From contig NW_027117351.1 in NCBI RefSeq assembly GCF_038025025.1, positions 248,001 through 312,000 of the forward strand: DNA of 64,000 nucleotides. Reading direction: 5' to 3'. A model generated the notes under the pieces. The model saw only the letters and a list, made by a program, of their open reading frames with translations. It was not told where the DNA came from and did not search any database. Below, piece by piece: positions 58,501-64,000 of the stretch (position 1 is its first letter; every line of letters starts with the position of its first letter). The translations under genes and the position numbers were made by a program. The DNA is from Phyllosticta citribraziliensis (lineage: Eukaryota).

Positions 58501-61500
58501 CTCGAGATCCATGAACAGCTGGGTCATGAGAGAATTCATGTAGCACAGGGCCTGGGGGTTGTCGAGCCCGACGTAGCCTGTTTCTGAGCGGAGTTCTCTC
58601 GACGCGCTGTTGCCGTATATTGCATCTTCTGGGAATTCCGTCATGCCAAGCACTTGGTGTTCGAGACCGACAATCCGTTGATAGACGGACGCGTCCTCGC
58701 ATAGCGCAAGCACGAGCTCATAGAGCTCATAGCGTGTCGGAGTATCGAGGACAGGCAGCGTACGGGGCGTGGTTTGTTCCGAGGTCATGGGGAACAAGAA
58801 CTTGGTAAAGACCTTGACGGCCAAGTCGTCGACAGCGAGCGGCTTCTTGAACGACTTGAGGGACTGCACGGCGGTGCGGAGCAGCTGGGTGAAGCCGAGG
58901 ACGATGATGTCGATGTCGAAACGGCCCACAAACGGCTCATGTTTATGGCCAAGCAAGAGGTCGCTCCACGTAGAAATGTACCCTCTGAGCACTGCTTCGT
59001 TGCGCTGATGCTCATCGTACCGGCGAAACGTCTTCGTCGTAATTTCGAAGAATTCTCTGGCGTTGCTGGCATGAGCTTCGGCGCGTGGAAGCAGCTCGGA
59101 CAAGACCTTCCAGTAAAACGACAGGACTTCTTGCATGCTAAAGCTCGTCCTCTCCGCGACGTGTAGGCAGTTGTTCTCAATGGTTTGCGCAATTTGATGT
59201 CGCGCGCCTTCTTGGAGAAATGAGAGCAAAAGCGTCGAGTGCATGTCTTGGAGGTCAGAGCGACCTGTAAAGGCAGTCCAGACATCGCGACTGTGCTGTG
59301 CCGATTCCAAGATGGCCTTGTAGCACAGACATGTCAAGTGAGCATTGACAGGCGCGCACAAGGACGACTGCAAAAAGGAGACGAGACGCCCCACCAAACG
59401 TCCTCCGTCGGGAAAGTAGGAGGACGAGATATCGGGCTCGACGCGTTCTGGACATGTCAGAATTCGTCAGATCAAGACAGAAGTCAACTCACCCTTTAGC
59501 AAGTCGTTGAAGACTTCCAAAGTCATCATAGTCAGGGACACGTCGTGTGGGCCAGAAAGTTCGCCGTCAATGAGCTCATCCTGGAGAATGGCAGCGCCAA
59601 GAAGCTGAACAGAGTGGCTGATCAATTGAACATTCACAGGTCCCTGAACATTGTCAGCATGTGTCTCTAGACGATTTCTAGGCGCTTGAGGTCGTACGGC
59701 TTTGAGATGGGTTTGGAAATCCTTCGCCAAGGTCATAATGGATACCCTCGCTTTGAAGGTCTTGCCCGGCTGGAATGCCAAGGAAGCGAGTTCATCAATG
59801 TTTTCGGTGCTTCTTCCACCATAAGTCAAGGCCAGTGACTTGCCATGTGGTTGAAGCAGCTTCAGAAATTCATAAGTCTGCCAAATGTTAGCAACGCACA
59901 ACGGTAGATGAAGGGCGACCTACAGCATGACTAAAGGAATCATCACCGCCGTCCAAAAAGTCGTAAATCGTGTCGTAATTCTTGAGGATTTCCTTTTCCA
60001 CAGTCGTGATGGAGCCGGTGCTATAGGTAGTCGGCTCCACATCTCCAACTTGTTTGACCAGGATGAGGCCTTTGTCCAGTCCCATTTCTTCAAGCGGGCG
60101 ATCGCTGTTCTCTTGCTGGTTGATTCGGCCTCCGCAATGAATGATGTGGACCTCGGGGAAGCCAGTCCACTCGCAGAGGCGGTCGACAAGCCACGAGTAC
60201 GTTTCGCCATTCTTGACCGTCACAGTCTTGATGTCGGTGCGGTCCCCGCCAAAGGCCTGGAACTTGATCTGGATTGGCTCTCCTGTCGAGCCTTCACACG
60301 AGGAAGGAAGAGAGGGCTTCCGCAGCCGCGGAGACGAGATTTGCAAATCAGCCCGCCTTCTGGCTCCTGCGATCAATAGAGTCGTGAACAAGAGCGTTCG
60401 CTGGAACTGGCGCTCGTTTCCGTCATCTCTCTCATCCACGTCCGCCATTCTCACCTCGCCAGACTTGGCACTCGAATACGCCTCGACAAGCTGACGAATA
60501 CAGCGTTCAACGAGCGCGGTGTGAGTGTCCAAGATGACGTTGGGATGCTCCGCGGTGTAGCTCTTCAAAGTCCGAACGTCCAGGTACAAGGCGGAGAGGA
60601 ACTCGGCCGTGGTTTGCTCAATGGTCCCATTCGGAGCCTTGAGTAGAACGTGCCAAAGAAGCTCGACGCCCGCTGGCTCGACGATTCCCTCGGAGGAAAT
60701 TTCTCCGGTGCCAGAGATTCGCCGTTGATAGTCAATCAGTTGGCGGAGGAATTCAAACAGACCTGGCGTGTAGTACTCTGGCTCCACCTTGGGCAGCAAA
60801 TCTACAGCGCAGCGCGACAGGAATGAGTTTTCCGAATACTGAGACTTGACCATTTGCGACAATTGGTGCCATGCAATGTCGCGAGCCTGCTGGCTGATGG
60901 CCTCTTTCCCAACCAGGTGCTCCCACACGGTTTCTTGCAGTTCGATGGATAAAAAGTCCGGATCGATGCTAATGAGGTTAAACAAGAGGGTCAAGCGGGA
61001 TGCCAATGCATGGACCAAGTATTCGGACGGCTCAGACGGTTCACGCTTTACGAATTCGCAAAGCTCGTTGGCCACTTGCTCGACCAGTCCGCGTTGATGC
61101 AAGAAGGACGCATCTGCAGGTGTTGTCGAAAGCAACATCGAGATGATTCGCGCACTCGCGGCCGCGTTTGGAGTTCTGTTGTGAATGGCTTCTGCACAGA
61201 CTGCGTAAATCGAGTGCCTGTCCTCGGCAGTAATCATGTCTGGCTTCGTCATGCTGGAAAGCTCTTGAAGAGCAAACCTGTGCAGGTTCTCAGTCACAGG
61301 AGTCGAAGTCTCGTTGGGAAAGCTCTCTTGAATGACGTTGATCAAGAACGAAAAGAGCTCTTGGCGCATCGCTTCTCCCGTATACCAGGAGGAATGGGTT
61401 TGAGTCGATTTCTGACTGACGCAGTTGCACGCCTTGCGGAACAGATCCAGGAAAGAGCCCGTGAAGCCCGATACGGGCAGGGTGCGGAGCTTGGTGCAAA

Positions 61501-63504
61501 TGTAGACGACCTCGTCGAGATCCATCAAAGTGGCCAAATAAGCAAGCACTTCGATCAGAGCTTCGACCATCCGCGGGTCCTGATTCTCCATGATCGAACT
61601 CCAGAGGGCGTCTGTCTGGTCATGACCGTAGTGACGGTTGACGGCGAGAAAGCCAATAATGTTGCCGCACCGCGACACCAATTGCGGATGGGAGTCGATT
61701 CCAATGATGTAGCTCATGACGTCAGTTTCCAACAGAAATTCGCAATAGAGATCGAGTAGCCTGGCTCCCTCTTGATCCTTGGGGTTGCTGGTCCACAGGT
61801 GGACAAAGCGCTGGCTCATGGTCTCGACTGCCCAGATTCGATTATTCATGTGGCTTTTCAAAATGTACTCCTGCAATGTCTTGAGGAACCAACATTCGGC
61901 GAGCGTGGTAGGCGTCGACGCCTGTGGGTGTCTTGCCAAGTTTGGCCCGAGAATGTCCTGAGCAAGACTGTCTCGAGCCGTTTGACGTTCCATCTCCGCG
62001 AACGTGTTCAGGACTTCGCGGGCGGTGAGGAGGAGTTCGTTGCACAGCTCAACGGGGGCTTTGAGGGATGCTTTGATTTCGCGATCCAGCTCCACGAATA
62101 AGAGGTTGAATGAAGCCGTCATGAAGCGGGGTTCCAGGTCCAACCTGTGCCAGGGGATCGGGCGAGACGCATGGACCAGGTTCTGGATGAGTCGCAAGCC
62201 TTCACTTGCAGCAGCGCGCAGGTAGTTGTTGGAGAGTCCAATCTTAACGAGGCCAACAAGATCCTCGAGCTGGTCCAGTCCATTGATGAAATCCTGCAGG
62301 ACAACTCCGGAACAAGCTGGGACGTCTCCGTCCAAGAGGTTCTTAACCAAAGCCCAGAACGGGACATCTTCCGAGCATTTGAAAAAGTTGGCCAAATTCT
62401 TCATGTGGATTGGCGATACGAGGAGAGAAGTCTTGTTGAAAGAGGAGCCGGTTTCCTTCAAGTAGTCCAGCTCGGCGCGTATTATTTGTGCGGCGCATGT
62501 GCTGTAAGCTCCCCACAAGTGAGTCAGGGCCACGTCTTCCGTTTCGTTCCTGGCCAGGTGGAACGATTCACCATACGGGACTTGTCGGTTAAGGATGCAC
62601 TTGAACATTTTGCCAATGCACTCCCACGAAGAGGCCTCTTCGAGGTAGGCGGCTTGAGGGCTCACCACCTCGAACTTGACCATTCTGGCGACATTGTGAA
62701 GCCAGCGTGTGATTAGCGTCAGCTCACCCTCGCTGTTTGGGTTCTGCACTGCAAGCAAGTCAGTATGCGCTCACCGGATCATGTTTTGAACGACTTACAT
62801 GGCTTGGCAACGGCCTTGGAGATGACGACAATGGCAGCTTCCCGGCCATGCTCAAGCGCCCAAGGAAACTTGTCAAAGACATTCTCAGCCACCTGCTCGT
62901 CATCATCGTCATCAGGAATCTCAACAATATTGTCCTGGTGGTCCTCCATGTCTTGGTCGTCATCGACGTCGATCTCAACGACGGCGGGCGAATGCGCAGA
63001 AGAGGTGGGGGAGTCGCCGGGACCAGCGGTGGTAGAGGGCGAGTCGGGCTTGGTCTTGGGAGAGGGTTGGAGGGGCGAGGAGAGCAGAGTGCCGCTCGAA
63101 TCGGTGTCGTGGTCGGCGTCCATGGCGTGGTCCAAGGAAGCAGAAGCGGCGGGGTGGGAGGAAGGCGCGCAATCGTTGGGAGGGGTAGATTGCTGGGGAG
63201 TGCGGACGTTGATTGTCATGCGGCTTGGAGTGTGTGGAGCGTGGGCGCCGTTGGCGGTGGTTTGCTCGTCGTCGTCGTTGTTGGGAGTGGTGGGCGCGGC
63301 GGCGTCTGAGAGGTCCAGCCTTGCGGCTTCGTCGTCGCTGTCGACGCTGGCCGACATGTTGCGGACTGCGCGGCTACCGCTGTCCAGGCGGGGTCGCTTG
63401 AATCTACCGGGGGAGGAGTTTGTGTCTTCCATAGAGTCGCGGCGTTCTTGTGTAGACTCCAGGGTCGGTGGCGGAGGGGTTTGCCTTAGGCTGGGAGAAT
63501 CCAT
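55505..63504 (-). CDS. Large ubiquitin-specific protease (USP9X/USP24/USP34-like, peptidase C19), multi-exon; last intron 55555-55790
   Basis: Cys box GYVGLDNPQALCYMNSLMTQLFM, QMDTEEFF, LIVHLKRFDFD, His box LVGILVHAGGVEQGHYWSY..WIKFNDD, SAYMLLYQR; long helical N-terminal region. Confidence 0.93.
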
Positions 63505-64000
63505 AACATGGTGGATCTGGAGCTGTGAAGTCAGCAGCGGACGACGAGGGCGAGCAGCAAGCGCAGGAGCTGCAGAGAAGGGGTGGGGACGTGGAAGAGA
63601 GGGTGAGCGGCGGGCGGGCGTACGTGAAGCTGTGACAGGGTACAGTACGCACGGTTGCCTGCAATTGAATTTGAGCGGGTTCGCAGGGAGGAGAGGCGCA
63701 AGTGGTAGCGGCGGGGAGAAGAGGCTAGCTGGTGCAGCAGCAGGACAAAGGCCGTGTGGTGTGGGCAGGGCGGATTGGGCGAGGTGGTTGTGGACGATTG
63801 TCGAATCTATCATGCAGAGCGGTGGGTGCGGTGGGTTGTGTTGAACGCGTCTGTCCGCGGGGGAAAGTAAATCAGTGCGGGAGCGGGCGCTGTGCTGCTC
63901 TCCGCTGCTCTTCGCCTTCACGTCCGTTGGCGCCGCCCGCCTGCCCTGCATCAACGACGTCACAAAACACCACGGCTCAAGAACGCCATGGTCGTCCACA

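Overview
Eukaryotic, intron-containing genomic DNA from a filamentous ascomycete (inferred from GT-AG introns with CTRAY branch points and Pezizomycotina-type genes; species not identifiable here). Two blocks of conserved or single-copy genes alternate with two accessory islands. The first block (15-38 kb) holds a large Myb-like protein, coronin, an arylsulfotransferase-like protein, an F-box/WD40 protein and a mitochondrial phosphate carrier. The second block (48-64 kb) holds NC2-alpha, Nuc1/EndoG, Tim13, an L-type lectin and a USP9X/USP34-like deubiquitinase. The islands (about 1-15 kb and 38.7-47.2 kb) hold eight diverged copies (P1-P8) of an unrecognised gene family. Each copy has a ~90-aa N-terminal domain (G[IV]xN[IL][ML]DxD[IM]xPR...I[DN]EPDTR[IL]L..K.LL..RQ..R[LF]AREV...D) and a basic NLS-like linker. 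Seven of the eight also have a helical C-terminal part split by a positionally conserved phase-2 intron. Several copies carry a stop codon or frameshift downstream of an intact N-domain. Interspersed with these genes are at least seven tRNA-like Pol III-type cassettes (mostly GGTC 5' end, A box, 65-115 nt hairpin-rich insert, B box, oligo-T). Six of them lie 0.25-0.9 kb upstream of a family member. This pairing of protein family and tRNA-like element is the best candidate for an undescribed system. All alignments were done by eye.
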